Positions 45,339 through 55,518 of a stretch of 64,000 bases of DNA are shown piece after piece. The stretch is from an uncultured Solirubrobacterales bacterium (GTDB lineage Bacteria > Actinomycetota > Thermoleophilia > Solirubrobacterales > Solirubrobacteraceae), in contig CAWERP010000008.1 in the NCBI GenBank assembly GCA_963811445.1, positions 2,087 through 66,086 on the forward strand. The letters run 5' to 3'. The notes beneath the pieces are model-generated. The model had not been told where the DNA came from. It worked only from the letters and a program-made list of their open reading frames with translations, and searched no databases. How positions within the stretch are numbered: position 1 is the first letter of the stretch; the number at the start of each line of letters is the position of its first letter. The position numbers and the translations under genes are program-made.

Positions 45339-46174
45339 TGGACGCCGAGCGGCTCGATGGAAAGATGGTCGTGGTCACCGGCGCCGGCAGTGGAATCGGC
45401 CGCGAGACGGCACTCCTCTGCGCGGCTCGCGGCGCCGACCTGGCGATCTGCGACGTCGACGAGATCGGGCTGCACGAGACCCAGGCCCACGCCGGCCATC
45501 TGGGCCGCAATGTGCTCGCGCAACGCGTCGACGTCGGGAAGCGCGCAGAGATGCAGGCGTTCGCGGATGCTGTCCACGAGCAGGTCGACGCGGTTGACCT
45601 GCTGGTGAACAACGCCGGCGTCGGGCTGGGAGCCGGCTTCCTTGACACCGAGCTCGACGATTGGGAGTGGATCCTCCCGATCAACGTGATGGGCGTCGTT
45701 CACGGCTGCCACATGTTCGTTCCCGCCATGGTGCAGCGCGCTCGCGGCGGGCATGTCGTCAACCTCTCCTCGGCGGCCGGCTTCTTCGCCAACCCGGCCC
45801 TGTCCGCCTACACGGCCACGAAGTTCGCCGTGCTTGGGCTCTCCGAGGCCCTTCGCATCGAGCTACGCCCGCACGGGATCGGCGTGACCGCGGTGTGTCC
45901 CGGGCTGATCAACACGCCGATCACCAGAACGAGTCGCATGCGTGGGCCGTCGGCCGACGAGCGCGAGCGCGTGGTGCGTCTCTATGAACGCCGCAACTAC
46001 GGACCCGATCGTGTGGCCAGGCGCATCCTGCGCGCGGTCTCGCGGGACAGTCCCGTGATGCCGGTCACCGCCGAGGCGTGGGTCATGTACGTCCTCAGCC
46101 GCGCCTCCCCCCCGCTTGCGCGCCGGGTCGCGCAGGCGATCGACGCCGCCGTCAGAAAGGAAGCAGCCACATGA
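45338..46174 (+). CDS. SDR-family oxidoreductase
   Basis: [47 protein letters not shown]. Confidence 0.85.
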   Translation: MDAERLDGKMVVVTGAGSGIGRETALLCAARGADLAICDVDEIGLHETQAHAGHLGRNVLAQRVDVGKRAEMQAFADAVHEQVDAVDLLVNNAGVGLGAGFLDTELDDWEWILPINVMGVVHGCHMFVPAMVQRARGGHVVNLSSAAGFFANPALSAYTATKFAVLGLSEALRIELRPHGIGVTAVCPGLINTPITRTSRMRGPSADERERVVRLYERRNYGPDRVARRILRAVSRDSPVMPVTAEAWVMYVLSRASPPLARRVAQAIDAAVRKEAAT

Positions 46175-47361
46175 GTAACCGGACGTTCGTGATCGGAGTG
46201 GGGATGTCGAAGTTCGACAAGCCCGGCACCAAGGAGGGCGACTACCCGGAGTGGGTGCTTGAGGCCGGATCGGCCGCCCTTGCCGACGCCGCAATCCCCT
46301 ACGAGCTCGTGCAGCAGGCCTTCGCCGGCTACTGCTATGGCGACTCGACATACGGTCAGCGGGCGATCTACGGGCTCGGCCTGACGGGCATCCCGGTCGT
46401 CAACGTCAACAACAACTGCTCGACCGGCTCGAGTGCGCTGTTCCTCGCTCGCCAGGCCGTCAAGGGCGGCCTCGTGGACTGCGCGCTTGCGGTCGGCTTC
46501 GAGAAGATGGAGCGGGGCTCGCTGGGGATGAAGTACACCGACCGCACGCCGGCGATGGACAAGCACATGACGCGGATGTTCGAGCTGCGCCCCGCGGAGG
46601 AGTCGCCGTTCGCGCCGCAGATGTTCGGGAACGCCGGACGCGACCACATGCAGAGGTATGGCTCCACGCCCGACCACTATGCGTGGATCGGCTGGAAGAA
46701 CCACAAGCACTCGGTCAACAACCCCTACGCGCAGTTCCAGCAGGAGTACTCGATCGAGGACATAAAGGCAGCGAGGATGATCCACGAGCCGCTCACCAAG
46801 CTGCAGTGCTCGCCGACCTCCGACGGCGCCGCGGCGGCGATCGTCGCGAGCGAGCGGTTCGTAGACGAGCGCGAGCTCTGGCCTCAGGCCATCGAGATCG
46901 CAGGCCAGGCGATGGTCACGGACCTCGCCTCGACGTTCGACGAGACCGCCGACTGCATCAAGATCGTCGGCTACGACATGAGCAGGCAGGCCGCGCGGCA
47001 GGCCTACGAGGAGGCGCAGGTTGGGCCGGAGGACATCCAAGTGATCGAGCTCCACGACTGCTTCAGTGCGAACGAGCTGATCACCTACGAGGCGCTGGGT
47101 CTGGCCGAGGAGGGCCACGGGCACGAGCTCGTCGACGACGAGGACACGACCTTCGGCGGGCGCTGGGTCGTCAACCCGTCCGGCGGGCTGATCTCGAAGG
47201 GTCATCCGCTCGGCGCCACGGGCCTCGCGCAGTGCAGCGAACTGTGCTGGCAGCTGCGCGGACAGGCCGACGCGCGTCAGGTGCAGGGCGCGAAGGTGGC
47301 CCTCCAGCACAACATCGGCCTCGGCGGCGCCGCCGTCGTGACGATCTACAAGCCCGCGTGA
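46171..47361 (+). CDS. thiolase-fold lipid-transfer protein (SCP-x-type 3-ketoacyl-CoA thiolase)
   Basis: ATG overlaps the upstream stop (ATGA). [58 protein letters not shown]. Confidence 0.85.
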   Translation: MSNRTFVIGVGMSKFDKPGTKEGDYPEWVLEAGSAALADAAIPYELVQQAFAGYCYGDSTYGQRAIYGLGLTGIPVVNVNNNCSTGSSALFLARQAVKGGLVDCALAVGFEKMERGSLGMKYTDRTPAMDKHMTRMFELRPAEESPFAPQMFGNAGRDHMQRYGSTPDHYAWIGWKNHKHSVNNPYAQFQQEYSIEDIKAARMIHEPLTKLQCSPTSDGAAAAIVASERFVDERELWPQAIEIAGQAMVTDLASTFDETADCIKIVGYDMSRQAARQAYEEAQVGPEDIQVIELHDCFSANELITYEALGLAEEGHGHELVDDEDTTFGGRWVVNPSGGLISKGHPLGATGLAQCSELCWQLRGQADARQVQGAKVALQHNIGLGGAAVVTIYKPA

Positions 47362-47412
47362 ATGTTCGCCGGCTCGGCACCGACGGCCCGGCGGTCTCCG
47401 CCCTCATGCTGA

Positions 47413-47473
47413 ACAGTGAGCGAGCGCCTGAAGACAGCGAGCGAGCGCCTGCAGACAGCGAGCGCGCCTAGAC
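47413..47473. repeat. about 3 tandem copies of a 21-bp unit immediately upstream of the LLM gene
   Basis: The copies are acagtgagcgagcgcctgaag, acagcgagcgagcgcctgcag and acagcgagcgcgcctagac. The array ends 7 nt before ATG 47481. Confidence 0.8.
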
Positions 47474-47480
47474 TCCCGCC

Positions 47481-48311
47481 ATGGAGTTCGGCATCGGCTA
47501 TTTCGCGACGCACTACGGCGTCGACCCGGGGACCTTGGCGCGGCTTGTCGAGCAGCGCGGGCACGAGTCGCTGTTCTTCCCCGAGCACACGCACATACCG
47601 GCGAGCCGCGAGACCCCCTATCCGGCAGGCGGAGAGCTGCCGCGCAAATACTCACACTCATACGACCTGTTCGTCGCCCTCAGCACGGCCGCTGCCACGA
47701 CGTCGAAGCTGCGCATCGCCAGCGGCATCTGCCTGGTCGTCGAGCGCGACCCGATCACGACCGCCAAGGAGGTTGCGAGTATCGACCATCTCTCCGGTGG
47801 GCGCTTGGAGTTCGGCGTGGGCGCGGGCTGGAACCGGGAGGAGATGCTCAACCACGGCACCGATCCGCGCGTGCGGATGGCGATCATGGCCGAGCGGGTC
47901 GAGGCGATGAAGGCGATCTGGACGCAGGAGGAGGCGAGCTACCACGGCGAGCACGTCAACTTCGAGCGCATCTGGTCATGGCCGAAGCCCGCTCAGCGAC
48001 CGCATCCGCCCGTGCTCGTGGGTGGCAACGGCCCGACCGTGCTCGACCGCGTCCTGCGCATCGGCGACGCCTGGCTGCCCAACTACGTCGGCGACGACCT
48101 GCTGGGGCGGGCGCGCGAGCTGTGGGCCCGCGCCGAGCGCCCGATCGACGTGATGGTGATGGGCGCGCCGGCCAAACCGGCGGTTCTCGAGGAATTCGAG
48201 AAGGCGGGCGTGCGCCGCGTCGTGCGCTGGATCCCCTCCGCGGGACTCGGGCCGATCGAACGCGCGCTGGAGCGCTGGGAGAATGCGATCGCCGAGCTCC
48301 ACGGCGAGTGA
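47481..48311 (+). CDS. LLM-class F420-dependent oxidoreductase (luciferase-like)
   Basis: FPEHTHIP, ASIDHLSGGRLEFGVGAGWNREE, HGEHVNFERIWSWPKPAQRPHPPVLVGG. Confidence 0.8.
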   Translation: MEFGIGYFATHYGVDPGTLARLVEQRGHESLFFPEHTHIPASRETPYPAGGELPRKYSHSYDLFVALSTAAATTSKLRIASGICLVVERDPITTAKEVASIDHLSGGRLEFGVGAGWNREEMLNHGTDPRVRMAIMAERVEAMKAIWTQEEASYHGEHVNFERIWSWPKPAQRPHPPVLVGGNGPTVLDRVLRIGDAWLPNYVGDDLLGRARELWARAERPIDVMVMGAPAKPAVLEEFEKAGVRRVVRWIPSAGLGPIERALERWENAIAELHGE

Positions 48312-48763
48312 CCGCGCAGGAGGCGCGGCGCCGTTTCGCGGCGGGCCGGGTTGCGCGGCTCGCCACGGCCGACCCCGGCGGGCGCCCGCATCTCGTGCCG
48401 ATCGTCTTCGCGCTCGCGGGCGAGACGATCTACAGCGTGGTGGACGCCAAGCCGAAGCGCACAACGGAGCTCCGGCGCCTTCAGAACATCAGGTCCAATC
48501 CCCGGGTGTCGGTCCTCGTCGACCACTACGACGACGCCGACTGGAGCGAGCTGTGGTGGGTGCGCGCCGACGGGGCCGCCAGGGTGCTGGACCCCGCCGA
48601 GCCGGAGGCTCGCGGCTCCGTCGAGCTGCTCGCCGAGCGCCACCCGCAGCAGCGCCCGACGGGCCCTGTGCTGGCGGTCGACGTCGAACGCTGGTCGGGT
48701 TGGTCGGCGCGCGACCGCGAGGATCCGGGAGCCCACGTCAAACGACCCAAAGGAGGCTCCTGA
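48308..48763 (+). CDS. PPOX-class probable F420-dependent enzyme (pyridoxamine-5'-phosphate-oxidase fold)
   Basis: GTG overlaps the upstream stop (GTGA). RLATADPGGRPHLVPIVFA, NPRVSVLVDHYDDADWSELWWVRADG. Confidence 0.75.
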   Translation: MTAQEARRRFAAGRVARLATADPGGRPHLVPIVFALAGETIYSVVDAKPKRTTELRRLQNIRSNPRVSVLVDHYDDADWSELWWVRADGAARVLDPAEPEARGSVELLAERHPQQRPTGPVLAVDVERWSGWSARDREDPGAHVKRPKGGS

Positions 48764-48877
48764 TGGCCGAGTTCCTCGCTCCGAACGAGGGAATGCTGCT
48801 GACCCACTTCATCGGTCGGCCGGCTTCCCGGCCGGCCCTGACGCGTGCGGCGCGGCGCGGGCTTCTAAGCTGAGACC

Positions 48878-49642
48878 GTGAGCGACTACCCGCAGATGCT
48901 CACCCCCGTGAACCACATCGAGCCGGCTCCACGGCGGGTTCGCGCCCTTCTGGGCGGGGCCGTCGTGTTCGACACGACCCGCGCTCTGTACGTGTGGGAG
49001 TCGGTCAACTATCCGCAGTACTACATCCCGCTCGCCGACGTGGATCCGGCCGTGCTCGTGGACGAGGAGCAACCTGAGCGCCTGCGCCGCGGGCCGGCGC
49101 GCCGACACGGCCTGCGCGTCGGCGAGGTCTCGCGACCGGGTGCCGCCCACGTGTACGCCGACGATGCGCTGGAGGGGTTGGCCGGCACCGTGCGCTTCGA
49201 GTGGGCTGCCCTCGACGGGTGGTTCGAGGAGGACGAGGAGGTCTTCGTCCATCCCCGCAACCCCTATGTTCGCGTCGATGCGCTGCGCTCCAAACGCGAC
49301 GTCCGCGTCGAGCTCGAGAGCCTAGTCCTCGCCGAGTCATCCTGTCCGGTGATGGTCTTCGAGACCGGCCTGCCGACCCGCTACTACCTCGATCGCACGG
49401 ACGTCAAGTTCGACAATCTGGCGGCGACCCAGACCGCCACGTCCTGCCCCTACAAGGGCAACACGAGCGGCTACTGGTCGGCGCGCATCGGCGATGAGCT
49501 GCGAGCGGACGTGGCCTGGGCGTATGACTTCCCAACCCGTCAACTGCTCCCGATAGCCGGGCTGATCGCCTTCTACAACGAGAAGGTCGACCTGACGCTC
49601 GACGGCGAGCGGCTCGAGCGCCCGATCACGCACTTCTCCTAG
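48878..49642 (+). CDS. tandem DUF427-domain protein
   Basis: Two DUF427-like halves. The second contains TRYYLDRTDV, SCPYKGNTSGYWS and IAFYNEKVDLTLDGE. Confidence 0.7.
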   Translation: MSDYPQMLTPVNHIEPAPRRVRALLGGAVVFDTTRALYVWESVNYPQYYIPLADVDPAVLVDEEQPERLRRGPARRHGLRVGEVSRPGAAHVYADDALEGLAGTVRFEWAALDGWFEEDEEVFVHPRNPYVRVDALRSKRDVRVELESLVLAESSCPVMVFETGLPTRYYLDRTDVKFDNLAATQTATSCPYKGNTSGYWSARIGDELRADVAWAYDFPTRQLLPIAGLIAFYNEKVDLTLDGERLERPITHFS

Positions 49643-49686
49643 CCCCCGGTATCGTGGCGCGATCCGAATGAGCGTTCAAAGGGAGG

Positions 49687-50643
49687 TTGGCCCAAGTGAG
49701 CTGGACTGCTGCTGACATACCCGACCTGACCGGGCGAGTCGCGGTCGTGACCGGAGCAAACGGCGGACTCGGCCTCGAGACCGCACGAGCCTTGGCCGGC
49801 GGGGGCGCACACGTCGTGATGGCTGCTCGCAACCAGGAGAAGGCCGACCGGGCGCTCGCCGACATCCGAGCCGGCCTACCCGATGCCTCGCTGGAGGTGG
49901 TCCCGCTCGACCTGGGCTCGCAGGCATCGGTGCGCGAGGCGGCCGAGCAGATCCTCGCCGAGCACGAGCAGATCGACATCCTCGTGAACAACGCCGGCGT
50001 CATGGGGATCCCCGAGCGCAGCACCGCAGACGGGTTCGAGATGCAGTTCGGAACCAATCACCTCGGGCACTACGCCCTGACCGCCCTGCTCATGCCGGCG
50101 CTGCTGCGCGCGCGCGCAGCGAGGATCGTCACGGTGACGAGCACCGCCCACCACATGGGCCGGGCCGTCGATCCCGCCAACCCCCACCTGCACGGCAGAT
50201 ACCGGCCATGGCGGGCGTATGGCCAGTCGAAGCTCGCCAACTTCCACTTCGGCGTGGGCCTGCAGCGCCGCCTCGAGGCGGCGGGCGCGCCGGCGTCGAG
50301 CCTGATCGCCCACCCGGGCCTCTCGAACACGGACCTGCAGGCCGTGAGCGTGCAGGAGACCGGCGGCGGCCTGTCGCAGAAGTTCTTCCACCGGCTCGCG
50401 GGCGCGATGGGCATGTCGCCCGAAGAGGGCGCGCTACCTCAGCTGCGCGCGGCAACCGATCCCGCGGCCAAGGGCGGCGAGTTCTACGCGCCGCGCTACG
50501 TCAACAGCGGCGCACCGGTTCGACGGCCGATCCTGCGGCCGGGAACGGACCGGGCGATCGCCCGCCTGTGGGACGTCTCAGAGCGCGAAACAGGGCTGAA
50601 GATCGACCTGCGCCACGGCACGCCCGAGCCTCTGGCCGGCTGA
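49687..50643 (+). CDS. SDR-family oxidoreductase (retinol-dehydrogenase/WWOX-like)
   Basis: [46 protein letters not shown] lies upstream. Confidence 0.85.
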   Translation: MAQVSWTAADIPDLTGRVAVVTGANGGLGLETARALAGGGAHVVMAARNQEKADRALADIRAGLPDASLEVVPLDLGSQASVREAAEQILAEHEQIDILVNNAGVMGIPERSTADGFEMQFGTNHLGHYALTALLMPALLRARAARIVTVTSTAHHMGRAVDPANPHLHGRYRPWRAYGQSKLANFHFGVGLQRRLEAAGAPASSLIAHPGLSNTDLQAVSVQETGGGLSQKFFHRLAGAMGMSPEEGALPQLRAATDPAAKGGEFYAPRYVNSGAPVRRPILRPGTDRAIARLWDVSERETGLKIDLRHGTPEPLAG

Positions 50644-50673
50644 CCGCCGGGATCGCCGCGGACGGGCGACGCG

Positions 50674-52401
50674 TCACATGCCCAGCGGCATCTCGACCGG
50701 CATCGGCCCCGAGTAGACCTCGAAGAAGCGGCCCATCATGTCGGGTGCGATCGCGAGGTTCGCATCGTGGTCGGTCCGCAGGCAGACGAGGCTGGGGCCC
50801 CTTGTGCCGGAAGCGCGCCGCAGCGCGGGCTCGATGTCCTCCAGCCGCTCGACGTACTCGCCGTGGCAGCCGAGGCCTTCGGCCATCACGTCCCAGCGCA
50901 CCTGGCCCTGCGCGGTTCCGAATGTCTGGCCGTACAGGGCGAGCTCGTTGGGCTCCTCCATCGTCCAGGACCCCTCCGCGAAGACGATCGTGGTGATGTC
51001 CAGCTGCTCGCGCGCGGCCGACTGCATCTCCATCGCGTTGAAGCCGGCGGCGCCGTCGCCGGTCACGCACACGACGCGGCGACCGGGCGCTCCCAGCTTG
51101 GCGCCGATCGCCGAGGGGATCCCCGTGCCGAGCATGCCCAGCTCGAGGATGCTGTGGTAGGAGCGCGGGGCCGTCGGCGGCAGGAACGAGTAGGCCCACA
51201 GCGAGGTGTTGCCGCCGTCGACGACGAACACGGCCTCCTCGCCGAAGACCTCCCCGATGACCTGGATCGCATGCGCCGGATGAATCCCCGGCCCCTGCCA
51301 CTCCGCGACGGCGGCGAACTGAGCCTCGCGCCAGGCCTCGTCGGCCCCGCGGTAGCGCTGCAGGTCGGCGCCGTCGCGCCGCGTGACCGGTTTCGCGCTC
51401 AACATCCTGCCGATGCCCCGCAGCGCGTGGTTGACATCCGCGACGATCCCGAGGGCGAGCGGGCGGGTGACGCCCATGTTGCGGGGCTCGACGTCGATCT
51501 GGATCAGTCGCTGGCCCACCGGGTCGCCCCAGTACTTGTCGAACGGAAGGTCGAGGTTCCCCATGCGCGAGCCCGCGACGAGGATCACGTCGGCCTCGCT
51601 GCGCGCGAGGTCGCCAGCTGCCCCGAAGCCGAACACGTAGTTGGGGTGTCCGAGCGACACGCTTGAGCGCCCGGCCATCGTCGTCAGGACGGGACAGCCG
51701 AGCAGCTCGACAAGCTCGATCAGCGCCTCGTTGGCCTCGGCCCTGTCGACCCCCGAGCCGGACACGACCAGCGGCCGCTCGGCGGACGCCAACAGCTCGG
51801 CTGCCTGCGCAAGCTGCTCCTCGGAGGCCTGCGGGTGCCCCGGCCGGTAGGACGCGGGCGCGAGCACCGGCGCCTGCTCCTCGTCACCGAGCTCATAGAG
51901 AACCGGCGCCGGCAGCTCGATGTGGACCGGCCCCGGCCGCCCGGCCCACATCTCGCGAAACGCGAGGCGCAGCACCTCAGGGATGCGGCCCCATTCGAGG
52001 ATCGGCCCTCCCCACTTCACCGCCGGGCGGAACACGTCGAGTTGATCCTGGCCCTGGAAGGTCGAAGGGGGCGACGGGTAGACGATGCCCAGCCGGTGCT
52101 GCGAGGTCACGACGAGCACCGGCACGCCCTCGTGGCGAGCGGTGATCACGCCCGGCAGCAGGTTCGCCGACCCGGGCCCCGGATTGCCGAGAACGGCAGC
52201 GGCGCGGCCCGTCGTCTTGTACAGGCCTTCGGCCATGTGCACGCCCGCGGCCTCGTGGCGCACCGGCACCAGGCGGATGCCGTGGGCCGCCAGCTGCGCG
52301 AGCAGGGGGTCGACCTCCGGAGAGGGCAGTCCGAAGAGGAACTCGACGCCCTCGGCCGCAAGCGCTCTGGCGAACAGCTCGCCACCACTGATCTCGGCCA
52401 T
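50674..52401 (-). CDS. thiamine-pyrophosphate-dependent enzyme (acetolactate-synthase-like)
   Basis: Trimmed to MAEISGG (AGAGGAG upstream). GNPGPGSANLLPGV, and the TPP-binding GDGAAGFNAMEMQSA...IVFAEGSW. Confidence 0.85.
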   Translation of the reverse strand: MAEISGGELFARALAAEGVEFLFGLPSPEVDPLLAQLAAHGIRLVPVRHEAAGVHMAEGLYKTTGRAAAVLGNPGPGSANLLPGVITARHEGVPVLVVTSQHRLGIVYPSPPSTFQGQDQLDVFRPAVKWGGPILEWGRIPEVLRLAFREMWAGRPGPVHIELPAPVLYELGDEEQAPVLAPASYRPGHPQASEEQLAQAAELLASAERPLVVSGSGVDRAEANEALIELVELLGCPVLTTMAGRSSVSLGHPNYVFGFGAAGDLARSEADVILVAGSRMGNLDLPFDKYWGDPVGQRLIQIDVEPRNMGVTRPLALGIVADVNHALRGIGRMLSAKPVTRRDGADLQRYRGADEAWREAQFAAVAEWQGPGIHPAHAIQVIGEVFGEEAVFVVDGGNTSLWAYSFLPPTAPRSYHSILELGMLGTGIPSAIGAKLGAPGRRVVCVTGDGAAGFNAMEMQSAAREQLDITTIVFAEGSWTMEEPNELALYGQTFGTAQGQVRWDVMAEGLGCHGEYVERLEDIEPALRRASGTRGPSLVCLRTDHDANLAIAPDMMGRFFEVYSGPMPVEMPLGM

Positions 52402-52592
52402 GATGCACTCCTCTGGTGTAGAACCGGGTTGTCGCCCGATTCCACACCGCATGGCCGGCACGGTCATCCGAGGTCTCCCACATCGCTGCGCGTAGTTCTC
52501 CGGGCGAGCCGGCTGCGAACCCGGAGGCCAGATCGGCTATCGCCGACGGCGAGCGGCCGTCTCGACCCTGGCCGGCCCGCGGCTCTCGCGGG

Positions 52593-54332
52593 TCAGAACC
52601 GCACGGAGGCCGTCTCACGAGAGTCGGCCGCGGCCGAGGAGCCGGCCGAGTTCGAGGCGGTGACCGCGACCCGCAGCCTGGAGGCCAGGTCCCGCCAGCC
52701 GACCGTGTACTCCGGACCCGTGGCCCCCGGGATCGCGGAGCACGTCGTGTCGTTCCACCAGAACGAGTAGCAGCGCTGCCACTGATACGCATAGCCGGTC
52801 GGGCTTTCAGTCCACGAGGCCGTTTTCGCGCTCAACCTGCGGCCCACGCGCGCCGCCCCGGAGATCGTGGGGCGGGTCGTGCTGACGGGAGGCGAGACCG
52901 CGGGCGCACAGCCGGGCAGGGCCTTGCACACGTCGAGCCGACCACCGGTGATCACGCGACCGGCCAGCGACGGCAGCTTGTCGACGCCTTCGAGGATTCG
53001 CGCCTTCACCGCCGCCGCGGAGAGCGAGGGCGCCACCGAGAGGATCAGGGCCGCGGCTCCGGATACCTGGGGAGCCGCCATCGAGCTTCCGCTCAGGTAC
53101 CCGTACTTGCCTTCGCGCAGCGTGGAGTAGATGCTCACGCCCGGCGCGGCGAGGTCGACGGTGTGAGGCCCGTAGTTGGCCCATTCCGGCAGCTGGTCGT
53201 TGTTGTTGCTCGCCGCGACGCAGATCTCGCTCGGGCGGTCATAGCCGCACGGGTAGCGCTGTACCGCGACTTCGTCGTTGTTGTTGCCCGTGTTGCCGGC
53301 CGAGGCCACGAACAGGATGTTGTTCGCGCCGAGCGTGTCGACCTCATTGGAGAGCGCCTGCGAGAAGGCGGTTCCGAAGAAGGTGTCCGAGTCGTTGACC
53401 ACCCGGATGTTCACCCCCTTCTGCCTGGCCGCCACCAGCCACTGCAATGCTTCGATCAGCGCGCCGGTTGAGCCGCTGCTCGCGTTTTCCATCCACTTGA
53501 CCGGAAGGATCGTCGTCTGCCAGTTCATCCCGGCTACGCCAAGGCCGTTGTTGCCGACCGCGCCCATGATGCCCGCGACGTGGGTGCCGTGGCCGCCACG
53601 GGCGATGTCTTCGTCCATCGGATTGCAGGCTTTCCTCAGCACGTCGTAGCCGTGGGTGCCGGCCGCACAGCCGCCGATCCCGCCCGGGTTCGACCAGATG
53701 TTGGCGGCCAGGTCCGGGTGGGTGTAGTCCACGCCCGTATCGGTCTCGCCGATCACAATCGAGCGTCTTCCGGTGCTTGTTCCCCACGCCTTCAGCGCGC
53801 TGTCATCGGCTCCGGGCGTGCCGGCGCCAGGCGGCCCGAGCATTTCTTCGACGCCCTGGGTGGGGACCGATTGTCCGGTGTTGCTCGAAGCCCACTGCAG
53901 CTGGAACGAGGGATCGCTCGGCGTCGCGCTGGCCTGCATCAGGTAGTCAGGCTCCGCGTAGCCCACGGCGCGAGCGTGCCGCAGCCGGCCCACGACAGCC
54001 ATCACCCGGCTCGCGGGAACCCGGAGCTCGCGGGGCGCGACGAAGTCCTGACCGGCGACCCGTCCGCGGCCGGCCGGCCTGATGGTCGGACCGAGCTGAC
54101 GGTCGCCCCGGGCGCCTGCCGCGCGCTCGATCGCATGGCGCTGCGCCGCCGAGACCCCGGGGCGGAAGCCCACGAGAACCACCCCCGCACGAAACGGGTT
54201 GGGCGAGCTAGCGCCGAGCGCGACGGGCGCGCTTGCGCCCAGCGCCGCGGCTGCGATGACGAGCAGCGTCGCGATCACGTTGAGTACCCGTCGCTTCGCC
54301 CTGCGTCCCTGCCCGCCGCGATCGCGATCCAT
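52593..54332 (-). CDS. secreted S8-family (subtilisin-like) serine protease with C-terminal beta-rich repeat domain
   Basis: Signal peptide. Catalytic triad contexts IGETDTGVD, GHGTHVAGIMG and SGSSMAAPQVSG. The C-terminal module has YAYQWQRC...C..IPGATG.EY. Confidence 0.9.
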   Translation of the reverse strand: MDRDRGGQGRRAKRRVLNVIATLLVIAAAALGASAPVALGASSPNPFRAGVVLVGFRPGVSAAQRHAIERAAGARGDRQLGPTIRPAGRGRVAGQDFVAPRELRVPASRVMAVVGRLRHARAVGYAEPDYLMQASATPSDPSFQLQWASSNTGQSVPTQGVEEMLGPPGAGTPGADDSALKAWGTSTGRRSIVIGETDTGVDYTHPDLAANIWSNPGGIGGCAAGTHGYDVLRKACNPMDEDIARGGHGTHVAGIMGAVGNNGLGVAGMNWQTTILPVKWMENASSGSTGALIEALQWLVAARQKGVNIRVVNDSDTFFGTAFSQALSNEVDTLGANNILFVASAGNTGNNNDEVAVQRYPCGYDRPSEICVAASNNNDQLPEWANYGPHTVDLAAPGVSIYSTLREGKYGYLSGSSMAAPQVSGAAALILSVAPSLSAAAVKARILEGVDKLPSLAGRVITGGRLDVCKALPGCAPAVSPPVSTTRPTISGAARVGRRLSAKTASWTESPTGYAYQWQRCYSFWWNDTTCSAIPGATGPEYTVGWRDLASRLRVAVTASNSAGSSAAADSRETASVRF

Positions 54333-54568
54333 GCCGATTGCTCCCCGCTCGCGATTGTCTGCGGTGATGCGCCGGCGGCCTCAAGCCTGGAACCGCGCCG
54401 ACGTCCGCGCAGCTCGAACTCTACCTGGCCCGCGTCGGTCGGCGAGTTACCTGAGACGGCCAGCTCGGTCAAGACTGGCGGGAAAGTGACGCGGCCGTGG
54501 CTCGCGACCCACCTCAACGCTTAATCAGCTCTTAGCCGCCCCTAATCCCCCACACAGATGTATGCGGT

Positions 54569-54775
54569 TTGATTGCCTGCATGCGACCCTCCGGACCCCA
54601 TGTCTGCCCCTCGTGCGGTGAGCGCGTGAGCGCGTTTGCCGCCGGTTGCGCGCTGTGCGGCGCGGATCTAGATCCACGACGCGGCCAACAGCCGCCCACG
54701 ATCGGCGAGCGTCTGCGCCGCCGCCTCGCGGCGCTGCCCGCGGGACAGCGAAGAGCATCGCTGGTTCGTCGCTAG
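54569..54775 (+). CDS. zinc-ribbon protein, possibly frameshifted from its TM tail
   Basis: CPSCGERV...CALCGADLD double CxxC. A high-GC3 frame ending at 54908 encodes a TM helix (VFTVCVLVAIGVLMVTSMI) with no start codon of its own. Confidence 0.4.
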   Translation: MIACMRPSGPHVCPSCGERVSAFAAGCALCGADLDPRRGQQPPTIGERLRRRLAALPAGQRRASLVRR

Positions 54776-54941
54776 GAGTCGGGCTGACCTACTCGCCTGC
54801 TTCGGCGGCTACCGGGTGCAGGGGAGATGGCTCGACCGGTGGGGGAACGTGTTCACCGTGTGCGTGCTCGTCGCGATCGGGGTTCTGATGGTCACGAGCA
54901 TGATCTGAGAGCCGGCGCCAATCGCCGCATATCCTCAACCG

Positions 54942-55451
54942 ATGGATGTCGAACAGGCGATCCGCACCCGTCGCACACACAAGGCCTTCGGCCCCGAGCG
55001 CGTCGATCGCAAGACCCTCGACGAGCTGTTCGAGCTTGCGCGCTGGGCGCCTAACCATCACGCGACCAACCCGTGGCGCTTCCGGGTCCTCGGCCCTGAA
55101 GCGCTGGCGCGCCTGAAGCGGGCGGCCGGGAGAGAGCACGAGGCGAAGCTCAACCGCGCGCCGACGCTCATCGTGGTCAGCGCCGTGCTCGCCGGCGACC
55201 CGCTCCAGGACCGGGAGGACCTGCACGCGGCCGCGATCGCCGCCTACATCGTGCTTCTCGCCGCCCACGCTCGAGGGCTCGCCGGTTACTGGAGGACACC
55301 GGCCGTCCTGCGCGCCCCCGAGGGTCGCGCCGCCGTGGACCTCCCGCCCCAGGAGCACGTGCTCGGGCTGATCCACCTCGGTCCGCCCCGCCAGCAGAGC
55401 TCCGTGCCCCCTCGTGAGGATCCACGCACCTACGTCACCTACCTCGACTGA
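54942..55451 (+). CDS. nitroreductase-family protein
   Basis: AIRTRRTHKAF, LARWAPNHHATNPWRF, and a typical length of 169 aa. Confidence 0.8.
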   Translation: MDVEQAIRTRRTHKAFGPERVDRKTLDELFELARWAPNHHATNPWRFRVLGPEALARLKRAAGREHEAKLNRAPTLIVVSAVLAGDPLQDREDLHAAAIAAYIVLLAAHARGLAGYWRTPAVLRAPEGRAAVDLPPQEHVLGLIHLGPPRQQSSVPPREDPRTYVTYLD

Positions 55452-55518
55452 CCGTGGTCATGCGCCGCCGGACCCTCGCCGGCTACGCGCTCTGGGGTGT
55501 GGCAGGGTGGACCCTGTC

